From positions 2,666,001-2,730,000 of the forward strand of contig CDRNST010000010.1 in NCBI GenBank assembly GCA_977016875.1: a stretch of 64,000 bases of DNA, in the 5' to 3' direction. Below, piece by piece: positions 63,279-64,000 of the stretch. Below the pieces are notes generated by a model that saw nothing but the letters and a program-made list of their open reading frames with translations, searched no databases and was not told the origin of the DNA. The position numbers were made by a program, and so were the translations under genes. Source of the stretch: Pavona decussata (lineage: Eukaryota). Position 1 is the stretch's first letter. Each line of letters begins with the position of its first letter.

Positions 63279-64000
63279 GTAAGTGTTGTGACATGTATCT
63301 TAATTAGCCATGTAGAAACTGTTACCCAGTAACAAGCATTAAGAGTTCTATATATTTTGCACAATAGGAAATGTTTGTGCATCAGCTAAGATACGTCTAC
63401 CTCTACGAGCAAGCAAGATCAAGCAAAATGCTGGGGTGTGATTGTGCGTTAGTTCGGCAGTCCATGAGAAATGTATTTTGTACTATTTTCTATTTTTTTT
63501 CGGGCAAGGCGCGCACCGACGTTGAAAGCACTAGTGTATGACCTTTTTTCATATTTGTTCAATGAAACTTGTATTTTTTGTATGAAGGAGCCTCTGCGGA
63601 GGAGAGAGTTGCAATAGTACCCTCGCAGTTATAGAGAGGGGTGGGCTATATCCGTCTAATATGGATCACAAAACATGGCCAGTCTAGATTACATTGCGTT
63701 ATTAGTAGAAATCTGGAAGGAAATGCGGGTGGAGATTTCGTCAACACACTCAACAATGCAGGCGCAATGATCGACTTCTAAAACTCTAACTCTGGATTCT
63801 TTTGTAATTTTCAAAAAAATATCTCTGTGTAGGTCGTCAGCCATGTTGGGCCGGGGGTTATCTTTCTTCATGTACAGTAATGATGTGTTTTTCTTTTCTG
63901 GACAGTTTTTCCTTTATGTTGTTAGTTTTAATTCTTCTTTAATTTGTATGCCATTTCACGAAAGTCTAGCCTAGAACACGAAGATTATTCATGGACATTT

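Overview
Eukaryotic, AT-rich, intron-rich DNA with three assembly gaps. The repeat content suggests an anthozoan cnidarian, most likely a stony coral (inference). The window holds two tandem + strand paralogues of a multi-exon receptor tyrosine kinase. Copy B (43404 to past the window end) splices by hand into one open frame: signal peptide, SRCR, LamG/pentraxin, FN3, a three-repeat Cys-rich domain resembling the biomphalysin 'small lobe', LamG/pentraxin, FN3, FN3, TM, and a split kinase whose insert comes from a duplicated exon. Copy A (1910-21957) has stops and a frameshift only in ectodomain modules, while its TM and kinase exons are intact. Between the copies lie a decayed CRE-clade non-LTR retrotransposon and an apparently intact Crypton-type tyrosine-recombinase transposon sharing one (TAA)n tract, followed by a patchwork of duplicated upstream sequence that includes an orphan start exon. 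The Crypton and two non-autonomous relatives share a strand-specific terminal hairpin (GCGNAGC loop plus tandem GA/GA mismatches), suggesting recombination on folded single-stranded DNA. Many MITEs and LINE, SINE and Penelope remnants fill the introns. All family assignments come from motif recognition, not database searches.
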